Assembly: GCA_964437705.1 (NCBI GenBank)
Contig: CAYTHX010000008.1
Location: forward strand, 7,590 to 71,589
DNA length: 64,000 nt
Reading direction: 5' to 3'
Source: an uncultured Nitrososphaeria archaeon
GTDB taxonomy: Archaea > Thermoproteota > Nitrososphaeria > Geothermarchaeales > JDFR-13
Below, piece after piece: positions 18,112-27,625 of the stretch. The translations under genes and the position numbers were made by a program. A model generated the notes under the pieces. The model did no database searches and was not told the origin of the DNA. It saw only the letters and a list, made by a program, of their open reading frames with translations. Each line of letters starts with the position of its first letter. Within the stretch, counting starts at the first letter, position 1.

Positions 18112-19269
18112 TTACTTAATGATATTTAATATGTTTTCATACCTCAGCTTCGGCACTTCTATATTATTTAACCATATATAAGTGTTATACTTTTTGATTT
18201 CACCTAGGGTCATTTTTTCTTTGGAATCTTCATTCTTCAGCCTATCTTTAGCTTTATGTAGTAGTTTTGCTATTGTTGGAACATATCTCCATAAGTGATA
18301 CTTTTTAAAATTCTCAAAACATATTTTCTTGTACCACCTCTTCCACTCTCTCTTTAACACTTCATCAATTAATCCTGGATCCTCAATTTGCGGCCTAAGA
18401 AGCTTTAACTCAAAGATTGATTTATATGGGCAGTAGTAACATGATACTCTGGTTGCACCCATAAGATAATCTGGATGTATAATTTTATTCTCCTTTGCTA
18501 TAGTTATAACATCGATTAACGTTAGTGGTGCGATTGGATAAAACTTTCTACCTTCGATAAACTTTCCTTTCAATAGCTTGGCTGATAGTTTTTCATGTCT
18601 TTTTGAGGCTTCCCAAACTCTATCTCCAATAGCATGTACATCTACATTACTCTTCCTAATATAATCCTTAATTGGCTTAACCTTTAGATATGTACACCAC
18701 CTCTCTCTTCTATATGGCAATCCTTCTTCAAAAAGATACTTCCTAATGATACTTTTTGGTGGACTGGTAATAGTAATATCAACACTCAACCTTTTAGCTA
18801 AACGCTCAATAAACCTAATATTATACTCTGGCTCTAAATATGGCATATGAACATATATCGCTCTAAGTCTAAAATTAATTTTTTCCATAAGCTTAAGTAG
18901 AATTAGTAATATAGCTGTAGAATCTTTACCACCACTAAAGGATAGAACTAAATTCTTACCTTCAAGCTGCTTACCGATAATTCCATGTAAAAAATCAACA
19001 TATTCATCTAAATTGTCAATAAGCCTACAAAAAATCCATGGATACTCACCAAACCACTTATTAAAAAATAAAGTAGAATCATCAACATAGTAAATGCCAT
19101 TACAGATTTCGCTAGAAACATTATATGCAAAATCTTCAACCCATAGAAACCATTTAGTAATTCCTTCATCATAAGAGATAACTTTAGTTATATCCATACA
19201 AGAGGATATAAGCAATAGCTTATTCTCCTTTATAACTGGTAAAGCCTCAACCATCCAACAATAATACAC
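18112..19269 (-). CDS. PAPS-reductase-like PP-loop ATP pyrophosphatase family protein with extra N- and C-terminal regions
   Basis: 385 aa; PP-loop LVLSFSGGKDSTAIL; C-terminal CYYCPYKS; lacks the CysH C-terminal ECGLH, so not called sulfate-assimilation CysH. Confidence 0.65.
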   Translation of the reverse strand: MYYCWMVEALPVIKENKLLLISSCMDITKVISYDEGITKWFLWVEDFAYNVSSEICNGIYYVDDSTLFFNKWFGEYPWIFCRLIDNLDEYVDFLHGIIGKQLEGKNLVLSFSGGKDSTAILLILLKLMEKINFRLRAIYVHMPYLEPEYNIRFIERLAKRLSVDITITSPPKSIIRKYLFEEGLPYRRERWCTYLKVKPIKDYIRKSNVDVHAIGDRVWEASKRHEKLSAKLLKGKFIEGRKFYPIAPLTLIDVITIAKENKIIHPDYLMGATRVSCYYCPYKSIFELKLLRPQIEDPGLIDEVLKREWKRWYKKICFENFKKYHLWRYVPTIAKLLHKAKDRLKNEDSKEKMTLGEIKKYNTYIWLNNIEVPKLRYENILNIIK

Positions 19270-19403
19270 AAGGAAATACTGTAATTAATTTTACTATACC
19301 TAGCGTTACTTCTATAGAGCGTATTAACAAGTAAATATCGTGAATATACCTATGCCAAATATAAACAACCATCTAATAGCTATTTTTCCCCTTTATTTTC
19401 TCT

Positions 19404-19495
19404 CTATATAGCTTAGGTACTTACCTATATAGATTACTTCATCATATATACAGATTATCAAGAAATCTATATAATTATTGAAGTCCTCTATATAG
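19404..19495 (+). promoter_or_regulatory. Three perfect CTATATAG palindromes (19404-19411, 19425-19432, 19488-19495) upstream of pstS, spaced 21 and 63 bp apart
   Basis: Read directly from the sequence; further imperfect copies at 19467-19474 and about 19311. Confidence 0.4.
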
Positions 19496-19523
19496 AATTG
19501 AGGAAATATATGGTGAGAGCTAA

Positions 19524-20657
19524 ATGACGAGGAATGTCATCTACGCTATAATTGGGCTATGTATAATAGTAGTGTTAATAGCTGGCGGTATATTCGCTTT
19601 TCACATAATTGGAAGTAAAACTGGAATAGAGTATGGTACTAATATTTTAATTAAGGGGGATGGAGCGACTTTCCCAGAGCCTCAGATTCAAGCTTGGATC
19701 AATGCCTATACATCTATGAAGAAAAACGTTAAAATTGAATATGCAGGTGTTGGTAGTGGGCAAGGGCAAAGCGATTTTATTAATGGTATTGTAGATTTTG
19801 CTGGTAGTGATCCTCCTCTTAAATCTGATAAGTGGAGTGAAGCTGTTAAGAAGTATGGTAAGGTTTATCAGTTTCCAATAATTGCTGGTGCCGTAGCTAT
19901 CGCATATAATATACCAGAGATCCCAGATACATATCACCTAAAACTTTCCTCAAGTGTTCTAGTAAATGTTTTACTTGGGAAAATCGTATACTGGGATGAT
20001 GACAGAATTAAGGAGTTAAATCCTGATATTACTGATAAACTACCACATAAGGAAATTATCTTTGTACATAGAAGTGATTCAAGTGGAACAACACAAATAT
20101 TCACAACATACTTAAGTTTAGTATCTACTGAATGGAAGAGTACAGTTGGTTCTGGTAAACTTGTCGAATGGCCGCTAGATGCTACTGGAAGAGGATTAGG
20201 TGCTAAGGGAAATCCAGGTGTAGCTTCTACATTAAAATCTACTCCTTATTCTATGGGGTATGTAGAGTTGGCATTTACAAAGGGGTTGGGGGTTGTAGCT
20301 CTAGAGAATAGAGAGGGGAACTTTGTTATTCCAACTGAAGAGTCAATTAAAGAGTCTCTAAAACAAGTATCTTATGTACTACCTTCTCCAGATAAAAACT
20401 GGGATGAATATAATATTCTAGAGAAGATTCTTAATCCACCTGGTGAAAATAGCTACCCAGTAATTGCGTTTAGTCACTTCATAGTTAAGGGAGCTAATAA
20501 CTATGATGAAAATGTTGCTAAAGCACTAGCAGATTTCATCGAGTGGGTGTTAACAGAGGGTCAGAAAGGTGAGTATATTGTTGAGGGTTATGTAGCGCTA
20601 CCTCCAGAAATAGCTCAAATAGGTTTGAAGGTAGCTGAGGAGTTGAGGGGAGGCTAA
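19524..20657 (+). CDS. pstS: Phosphate ABC transporter substrate-binding protein
   Basis: 377 aa with N-terminal TM/signal; PstS-like (…GSGQGQSDFINGIVDFAGSD…). Confidence 0.85.
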   Translation: MTRNVIYAIIGLCIIVVLIAGGIFAFHIIGSKTGIEYGTNILIKGDGATFPEPQIQAWINAYTSMKKNVKIEYAGVGSGQGQSDFINGIVDFAGSDPPLKSDKWSEAVKKYGKVYQFPIIAGAVAIAYNIPEIPDTYHLKLSSSVLVNVLLGKIVYWDDDRIKELNPDITDKLPHKEIIFVHRSDSSGTTQIFTTYLSLVSTEWKSTVGSGKLVEWPLDATGRGLGAKGNPGVASTLKSTPYSMGYVELAFTKGLGVVALENREGNFVIPTEESIKESLKQVSYVLPSPDKNWDEYNILEKILNPPGENSYPVIAFSHFIVKGANNYDENVAKALADFIEWVLTEGQKGEYIVEGYVALPPEIAQIGLKVAEELRGG

Positions 20658-21577
20658 TGGATAGATTTAAATTCCTTACCTCTTTTTTTCCATCAATTCT
20701 AATCCTCATCTTCTCCTCTATGTTTATAGTCTTAATTTACAATTCCCTTCCTATCCTCGAGCGGGAGGGTATCAGATTTATAACTGATAGTACTTGGAGA
20801 GCTTCTGAAAGTAATCCTGAGGAAGAGTGGTATGGTATTGCAACAGCACTGTGGGGAACACTCTACACCGCTATATTAGCTACAGCTATAACATTACCGT
20901 TATCCCTATCAACAGCTATATTTATATGTGAATTTGCACCTAGGAAAGTAAGGGAGTTTCTAGCAATTACCCTTGATATGATGGCTACACTACCAACTGT
21001 TGTTTATGGTGTATGGGGTATGACTATTCTCGCACCAACAGTAAGAGATCACGTAATTATCCCTATAGTTGAGGCTTTAGGATGGACACTAATATTTAGT
21101 GAATACTCACCATCTGGTCAATGTATATTTACAGCAGCGTTAGTACTTGCAATAATGAATATTCCATATGCAACAGCTATCCTTAGAGAAGCATATACGA
21201 TGATCCCACAAGTATATCGAGAGGGAATTATAAGTTTAGGAGCAACACGTACAGAGGCTATAAGAATACTACTAGGAATGATTAAGCATGCTATAATTGC
21301 AGCTGTAGCGTTAAGTTTCGGTAAAGCTGTTGGAGAAACAACTGCAGTAACACTAACAGTAGGAAATTCATTTAAAATGAGTTTATCCCCATTTGTAGCT
21401 GGATATACCGTTACAAGTTTACTTGTTAATCAATTTGGAAATGCCTATACGTACAAGTATGCTTCATATGCACTATATGGAGCAGCACTGGTCATGTTGT
21501 TAATAAATACTATATGTATTCTTGCTGGTTTAACTTTGGCTTCGAGGTGGGCTAAGACATATGGTTTTAGAACATAA
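20657..21577 (+). CDS. pstC: Phosphate ABC transporter permease
   Basis: 306 aa, multi-TM, directly downstream of pstS. Confidence 0.8.
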   Translation: MDRFKFLTSFFPSILILIFSSMFIVLIYNSLPILEREGIRFITDSTWRASESNPEEEWYGIATALWGTLYTAILATAITLPLSLSTAIFICEFAPRKVREFLAITLDMMATLPTVVYGVWGMTILAPTVRDHVIIPIVEALGWTLIFSEYSPSGQCIFTAALVLAIMNIPYATAILREAYTMIPQVYREGIISLGATRTEAIRILLGMIKHAIIAAVALSFGKAVGETTAVTLTVGNSFKMSLSPFVAGYTVTSLLVNQFGNAYTYKYASYALYGAALVMLLINTICILAGLTLASRWAKTYGFRT

Positions 21578-22415
21578 AAAAGCTAGGATTATTAAAGATA
21601 GAGTATTCACTATCATAATAATCGGATTAACTATACTCTCAATTCTACCACTCTTTCACATAACTATCGAAATTTGCATAAGAGGGTTACAAGCAATCAT
21701 GCAGTCAAAACTAGACTTTTTCTTTGGTGTTCCTTCCCCACCGGGATCTAGTCAATTAGGAGGTATTTGGCCAGCTATAATTGGGTCATTTGTAACAGTC
21801 TTATTAGCATCTCTAATAGGTATACCAATAAGCTTATTAACAAGCATATACATAATTGAGTACCCAAAATCAGTTTTGAGTAAGATTTGTGATAAGCTAG
21901 CTTTAATGCTTACGGAATTTCCAACAATTATCATAAGCCTATTCATTTATATTGTAGTAGTTGTACCGATGGGTACTCCATCAGCATTTGCTGCAGCATT
22001 ATCATTAACGATAATCATGATTCCATACATAACTATCCAAGCTAAGGAAGCTTTAAGAAGTATACCATTTACGTATAGAGAGGCTGCATATTCACTAGGA
22101 CTACCAAGATCTAAAGTTATATTTACTATTTTCTTAGGAATCGCTAGACGTGGTATACTAACTAGTATTCTAATTGGCGTTGCACGTGCACTTGGAGATA
22201 CAGCTTCAATACTATTTACAGCTGGCGCAGCTACATACTCATTTTATGGATTATTTGGACATGCAGGTGCAATTCCACTATTAATATTTAAGTTTATTCA
22301 GACAAGCTATGAGAACTGGATACAACTCGCATATGGAGCAGCATTTATACTAACTATCTCCACAATGATGATCATCCTTATACTTCGTTTATTGATTAAG
22401 GAGGTGAAGTTATAA
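21561..22415 (+). CDS. pstA: Phosphate ABC transporter permease
   Basis: 284 aa, multi-TM, second permease of the pst operon. Confidence 0.8.
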   Translation: MVLEHKKARIIKDRVFTIIIIGLTILSILPLFHITIEICIRGLQAIMQSKLDFFFGVPSPPGSSQLGGIWPAIIGSFVTVLLASLIGIPISLLTSIYIIEYPKSVLSKICDKLALMLTEFPTIIISLFIYIVVVVPMGTPSAFAAALSLTIIMIPYITIQAKEALRSIPFTYREAAYSLGLPRSKVIFTIFLGIARRGILTSILIGVARALGDTASILFTAGAATYSFYGLFGHAGAIPLLIFKFIQTSYENWIQLAYGAAFILTISTMMIILILRLLIKEVKL

Positions 22416-23188
22416 TGTTGATAGATAGTGAGTATGTAATTGAAACTGCAAATTTAAATGTGTACTACGGGGAATTGAAGATTCTCGATAATATAAATAT
22501 TAGAATCCCTAGAAATGTTGTTTTCGCTATAATGGGCCCGTCTGGTAGTGGAAAATCAACATTACTAAGAACATTTAATAAGTTAATTTTGTTAAATCCA
22601 GATGCTAGGATTAAGGGAGTAGTTAAGCTTTTTGGTAAAAATATCTATAACCCTGGATATGATTATACAGAGATCTCTAAAGTGGTTGGAATAGTTTTTC
22701 AAACTCCAAATCCCTTTCCTCACCTATCAATTTATGATAACGTTGCTTTAGGTTTGAAGCTAAATGGAATTATAAAGTCACGAAATGAAATGGAAAGGCG
22801 TGTTCAAGAGGCTTTAGAGAAGGTTGGGTTATGGGATGAGGTTAAGGGTAAATTAAAAATGCCGTCTACCGAGCTTAGTATAGGGCAGAAGCAGAGATTA
22901 TGTATAGCAAGAACATTAGCATTGAAACCAAAAGTTATTTTGATGGATGAACCTACATCAAGCTTAGATCCATCTAACACTAGGAAGATTGAGGATTTAA
23001 TAATGGAGTTAAAGAGGGAAGCAACAGTTATTATTGTAACACATAGCCCTGCACAAGCATATAGGATTTCGGATTATGTAGCTTTCCTATTCTCAGGAAG
23101 GTTGATTGAAGTGGGTCCAACAAAAGAACTATTTGAGAACCCGTCACAAAAACTTCTTAAAGACTTTTTACGCGGTGGGTATGGATAA
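22415..23188 (+). CDS. pstB: Phosphate import ATP-binding protein
   Basis: 257 aa; Walker A GPSGSGKST, ABC signature LSIGQKQR, Walker B ILMDEPTS. Confidence 0.9.
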   Translation: MLIDSEYVIETANLNVYYGELKILDNINIRIPRNVVFAIMGPSGSGKSTLLRTFNKLILLNPDARIKGVVKLFGKNIYNPGYDYTEISKVVGIVFQTPNPFPHLSIYDNVALGLKLNGIIKSRNEMERRVQEALEKVGLWDEVKGKLKMPSTELSIGQKQRLCIARTLALKPKVILMDEPTSSLDPSNTRKIEDLIMELKREATVIIVTHSPAQAYRISDYVAFLFSGRLIEVGPTKELFENPSQKLLKDFLRGGYG

Positions 23189-23236
23189 TGTTTAGGATAA
23201 ATAAAGAATTAATCTGAACATTTTAAGTTTACTAAA

Positions 23237-23830
23237 CTACTTGGAAGTACCTTTAATTAATATAGATATTTCATATAGACGTTTTACAAATTTACCGACG
23301 TCACTTAATGCTCGTTCATCATTCAAAATTTCACCTTTTTCAAATGCTTCTCCTTGTAATCCTGGACAGCCAATAATCATTCTATGTTTAATCATCCATG
23401 CGTATATTGCTTGTAGAGCTTGCTCTAATCCATAGCCCCTCCCAACTACAACAGCACCACCAACTTTATTCTTTAATTTTCCTCTAATACTCCAAGTCCT
23501 ATCCATAAAAATCTTAACATAACTACTAACATTATTAAAGTAAACTGGACTAGCAACAACAATAATATCAGAATTAAACAATTTCGGAAATACTATTCTT
23601 CTAATATCATCATTAATACAACAGATACCCTCTTCTAAACACTTTCTACATTCAACACAAGGCTTAATATCTAAGTTACTTAACTTAATCTTATCAACAC
23701 TAGCTCCTAGCTCAATAAACCTATCTTTTATAATGTCAATTAAAATCTCAGTATTACCTTTAACTCTAGGGCTTCCATCAATACACAAAATTTTAATATT
23801 CATGTAAATCACGTTAACTCTATTTACCAA
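23237..23830 (-). CDS. Iron-sulfur flavoprotein / NADPH-dependent FMN reductase family
   Basis: 197 aa flavodoxin-like with Isf-type cysteine cluster CVECRKCLEEGICC. Confidence 0.65.
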   Translation of the reverse strand: MVNRVNVIYMNIKILCIDGSPRVKGNTEILIDIIKDRFIELGASVDKIKLSNLDIKPCVECRKCLEEGICCINDDIRRIVFPKLFNSDIIVVASPVYFNNVSSYVKIFMDRTWSIRGKLKNKVGGAVVVGRGYGLEQALQAIYAWMIKHRMIIGCPGLQGEAFEKGEILNDERALSDVGKFVKRLYEISILIKGTSK

Positions 23831-23936
23831 AATAATTTACTTAGCTAACTATTCTACCTAGCGTTAATATTTTAAATTTATTTTTTGAAAAGATTTATTT
23901 CTATTCTCACCATAATATTTTGGTGAAAATATTACC

Positions 23937-25190
23937 ATGATAATAGAAAGAAGAGAAGCTCAACAACTTAAAAAGATTGATAGCTGGATTCTAGTATATG
24001 GCCGTAGAAAAACTGGAAAAACCTTCTTACTTAGAAGGTATGTAAATTGGAATTTGTATATAACCGTTACAAGGGGTTTTTCCGCGATTACAGAGGAGAG
24101 AAATGGTGATATAAGGTTTTCTAATATTAAAGATGCCCTTCTCAATGTTACTAGGTATATAGAGAGTGGAGGAATCGTAGTTATTGATGAATTTCAAAGA
24201 GTTCCATATGAATTCTGGGATTTAATAGCGGTTACTAAACATAGAGGAGGTGGTAAAGTTATCCTATGTGGATCTAGTTTTTCAATTACTCGAGATGTTT
24301 TTGATAAAAGAAGTCCATTACTAGGTTTATTTGCACCAATAGAAATCGGTTTAGTTCATCCGGCAGACGCTATATACTCTTTTCAAAAAATATTTTCTGT
24401 TAAGGATGCTTTCCTATGGGGATTGATAGCTAGGGATCCATGGATACTCGGGCTAGTTAAACCTAAGAATGGTGTAATAACTACTATAATAGAGAATTAT
24501 AAGCCTTTAGTTTCTTCAGTTTCTGGATTAGTTGGAGAAGTATTTGAAGAGGAAGATAGGAAGTTAACTAGACTTTATGATGCTGTACTACGTCTCCTAT
24601 CTCTCAACTATTGGTCATCAGCAGATATTGCTCAAAAGCTCTACGAATCCAGATTAATCGAGAAGCCTGAGATGGGAATTGTTACTGGTATACTTAATCA
24701 GTTGTACAACATGGGTTTTGTAGATAAAGTAAAATTAGTTTACACTAGAGGGGGGAGAACATATTATAGGCATAAGTCAAGCTTAATTTCTCTACTACTA
24801 TATATCGATGAGAAGTATGGAGATAGGGATGTAAAGCCTAATCTAGATGATATAGCAAGTAAAATTGGTTTCGAGTTACAGTTTTTCTTAGGTGAAATAC
24901 TAGCTGAATATAAAAAGTTGGATAGAGGATACCTAATTATGCCTAGAGGAGAGGGTGATATAGATATCGTTTTACTATCAAGAGGTAGACCAGTTATAGC
25001 ATATGAAGTTAAAATAGGGCCAATAACTGTTAATGAAGCTAGGAAAGCTGTTAAAAATATGGAGAGATATGATTTTCTAAAGACAGGTTTAATAAGCTTA
25101 TCTGAAGAACCACCGCAGTTAGCAGATGAAGTATTAGGTCCAGAAAAATTAGTTAATATTGTTAGAGGGTTAAGGGGAGGATTGGGCTAG
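23937..25190 (+). CDS. Archaeal ATPase (Arch_ATPase AAA+ with DUF234-like C-terminal domain)
   Basis: 417 aa; Walker A YGRRKTGKTFLL; family is paralogous in Sulfolobales. Confidence 0.7.
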   Translation: MIIERREAQQLKKIDSWILVYGRRKTGKTFLLRRYVNWNLYITVTRGFSAITEERNGDIRFSNIKDALLNVTRYIESGGIVVIDEFQRVPYEFWDLIAVTKHRGGGKVILCGSSFSITRDVFDKRSPLLGLFAPIEIGLVHPADAIYSFQKIFSVKDAFLWGLIARDPWILGLVKPKNGVITTIIENYKPLVSSVSGLVGEVFEEEDRKLTRLYDAVLRLLSLNYWSSADIAQKLYESRLIEKPEMGIVTGILNQLYNMGFVDKVKLVYTRGGRTYYRHKSSLISLLLYIDEKYGDRDVKPNLDDIASKIGFELQFFLGEILAEYKKLDRGYLIMPRGEGDIDIVLLSRGRPVIAYEVKIGPITVNEARKAVKNMERYDFLKTGLISLSEEPPQLADEVLGPEKLVNIVRGLRGGLG

Positions 25191-26187
25191 GTGGAAGACC
25201 AGCGATCTTCGCTAGAAATATAAAAGCCGAAGATACAGCAATTATAATTATTAAATTAACTACTTGACTCAGTATTATGTATCTTAACTTTCTTCCATGT
25301 CTCTCGATAATACTTGATGGATATCTAAATAATCTTGAAATTATATTTGGCAGTGGTAGAAGGAATGGAGTTTTCTCTCTATACTGAATATATTTCTCTC
25401 CATACTCTTTCTCCATAAACATCTCTTCCCATTCAGTAACTACTAGTACAACTAGAGTTTGTATTGTCCAGATTAATGTTGGTGGTGGTACATAGCCTCC
25501 TTTAGGTGCGGGTAAACCAGTTGACAATACTAATAATCCATAGCTCCAAATTATATATCCTAAATACTGAGGATGTCTACTATATCTATAAATCCAAAAA
25601 TCAATAATTTCGATTCCTTTGTACTTTCCATATAGCCAAGTTGATACTCCAATTGTGAATATTAGTATGCCTAAGAATATTATAACTAGTGATGCCGGGA
25701 CTAAAATATTTGTATGTGCTACATATGGAATTGAGGCTCCATATAAAATGGCTACTATAGTATTAATAATTAGAAATGGTAGTAAGACAATTACGCATGA
25801 ATTAATAATATTCGGATTAACCTCAAGAAATGGAAGCCACAAGGCTCTTAAAGCTCCAATACCAGCTAAGAAAAACATAGAAAAGGCAAAGTAACCAAAT
25901 GTCGGAAGGAAAAATACAAATGAACCTAAAATAGATAAGCTTCCTTTCTTAAAGATAAAACCGAGAATTATTAGGGCAATAATAATTACAAGGCATATAG
26001 CGCCGATAATTCTTAAAAAGTTTAAGGCTTGTTGCATACCTTCGATATCCCACATTAGAAAGTAATCTGGAACTATACCTAGTAGGAGCTGATGCATATA
26101 TCTAGGTAGCTCTACGGTAAGATAAAATAATGCTAGAGAGAATACAGCTGATAATAAGCCAATAATGATGCCAACAAAGACAGACAA
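25162..26187 (-). CDS. Integral membrane methyltransferase, isoprenylcysteine carboxyl methyltransferase (ICMT/PEMT) family
   Basis: 341 aa multi-TM; C-terminal RYSRHPQYLGYII…EEMFMEKEYGEKYIQYREKTPFLLP matches the ICMT motif. 3' end overlaps the convergent ATPase by 29 nt. Confidence 0.6.
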   Translation of the reverse strand: MSVFVGIIIGLLSAVFSLALFYLTVELPRYMHQLLLGIVPDYFLMWDIEGMQQALNFLRIIGAICLVIIIALIILGFIFKKGSLSILGSFVFFLPTFGYFAFSMFFLAGIGALRALWLPFLEVNPNIINSCVIVLLPFLIINTIVAILYGASIPYVAHTNILVPASLVIIFLGILIFTIGVSTWLYGKYKGIEIIDFWIYRYSRHPQYLGYIIWSYGLLVLSTGLPAPKGGYVPPPTLIWTIQTLVVLVVTEWEEMFMEKEYGEKYIQYREKTPFLLPLPNIISRLFRYPSSIIERHGRKLRYIILSQVVNLIIIIAVSSAFIFLAKIAGLPPSPILPLTL

Positions 26188-26400
26188 GTAAGTTCACCAA
26201 AGGTAAATATGTTGGGAGCTAACTAATATAAGAGGAAAGTTCTAGAATAATCATTATTTTCTCTAGAGGTGATCAAGTACTTCTCAAAATTTCTAAACTA
26301 GGTAATATTTGTAGTATTAACTTTTACTTGTTAGTATTTTATTCTACACTCTACTCTAATGAGTAGAGAGTGAAGTATATGTTTCTATAACAATATATAT

Positions 26401-26640
26401 GTGCTTCCGTTTTATTTGGTATGGTTGGGATGTTATATTGGTGATACTGCTTTGTTCGAGAATTTAGTTGATATATTGAAGCGTTTTATTAAAGTGATTG
26501 CTACTAGATTACCTAATGATGTTCTTGAGTTCTTAGAGAAGGCTAGGTCAGTTGACTCCAGTGGTTTAGCTGGTCTAGCATACAAAGTAGTATTTGACAA
26601 TTTAGATGTTGCTTTATGTGAAGGCATCATGATTTATTGA
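26401..26640 (+). pseudogene. Truncated remnant: N-terminal about 79 aa of a class I fumarate hydratase / Fe-S hydro-lyase alpha subunit
   Basis: ..RLPNDVLEFLEKARSVDSSGLAGLAYKVVFDNLDVALCEGI.. aligns by eye with the conserved fumarase-alpha N-terminus (…LPEDVLEAL…SP.AK.VL..IL.N..IA.EEGIPLCQDTG). The ORF stops before the CQDTG motif and nothing downstream continues the family. G+T-skewed composition. Confidence 0.45.
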
Positions 26641-26735
26641 GATATTGGTGTGCTATTCTCATTTCCAGGAGATATCATATAATTTTTTGCACTATTAAGA
26701 TTTTCTATTTTTTCTGAAATTAGTATTATTAGTAG

Positions 26736-27611
26736 GTGTATGTGATGCGCTATATTGTCTCAGCGACATTTGAGATCTCAGCTATTAAGAAGGGTATTCT
26801 TAATCGCTTTTCAGGGTTAAGCATTAGATCATTATTATACAACAAGATTTTAGCATCATTCCTTGATGCTGAAAGTATTCATGAATATAAGGGGTTAAAA
26901 CCATTTAGTGTTTCACCGATATATGATTACCTAAAAGGTAGGCCTATGGTTTTCGATAGGGGAAGTGAATTTCAGCATGGTTTCTTTAAAGTAAACTTTC
27001 TGTCAATAAAGGATTACTATAAAGTTATAGATGCATTAACAAAATATGATGCGTTAATGATCGACGGTATACAAACAAAAGTTCTTAATATTGAGTTTTC
27101 AATTAAGTCGTACAATCAGCTCGTAAATAATACAAAGGTTATTAATGAATTCACAATCAATTTCATAACGCCAACATCCATTAGAGCATCACCATATTAT
27201 ATTAAAACGGTTAAAGTTAATGGTAAACGTAGGGTTATAGTTAAAAAGAAAAATAAGAGGAAGGTTACATATTTACCAATTCCACAGCCAAATTTACTTT
27301 TCAAAAGTATTCTTAGACAATTGAGGAAATTTAGTGGATTAGAAAGTTTTCCATTTAGTGAGATCTCTGACTTTATCGAATCTGACGGTGTATTTATAAA
27401 GGGGTATGATGATGGAATAAGAACTAGATTAATTAAAATTTCTCCTAAAGAGATGTATCTAGGTTTTGTGGGTAAAGTAACATTTAGAGTAGACTCAGAA
27501 AATGAGTACTCAAAATTTATTTATACCTTACTCCACTATGCTGAATATTGTAATATTGGTGTTGGAAGAACAGCTGGCTTTGGATGGATAAAAACTATTC
27601 AAATGAGATAG
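26736..27611 (+). CDS. cas6: CRISPR-associated Cas6 endoribonuclease (isolated, about 18 kb from the array)
   Basis: 291 aa; C-terminal glycine-rich loop IGVGRTAGFGWI (GhGxxxxxGhG Cas6 signature). Confidence 0.65.
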   Translation: MYVMRYIVSATFEISAIKKGILNRFSGLSIRSLLYNKILASFLDAESIHEYKGLKPFSVSPIYDYLKGRPMVFDRGSEFQHGFFKVNFLSIKDYYKVIDALTKYDALMIDGIQTKVLNIEFSIKSYNQLVNNTKVINEFTINFITPTSIRASPYYIKTVKVNGKRRVIVKKKNKRKVTYLPIPQPNLLFKSILRQLRKFSGLESFPFSEISDFIESDGVFIKGYDDGIRTRLIKISPKEMYLGFVGKVTFRVDSENEYSKFIYTLLHYAEYCNIGVGRTAGFGWIKTIQMR

Positions 27612-27625
27612 CTTTTAAATTCTAA

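Noticed and set aside
19647-19937. Minus-strand 96-aa ORF inside pstS, and similar antisense ORFs at 21752-21946, 23241-23435, 25619-25894, 26433-26630, 30655-30855, 32324-32530, 33158-33412, 39308-39919, 43758-44009, 44789-45136, 47231-47500, 48186-48545, 49487-49966, 53124-53318, 54131-54670, 56781-57077, 58827-59138, 62500-62709 and 63314-63619
   Set aside because: All overlap, on the opposite strand, genes with clear family signatures, and give low-complexity translations.
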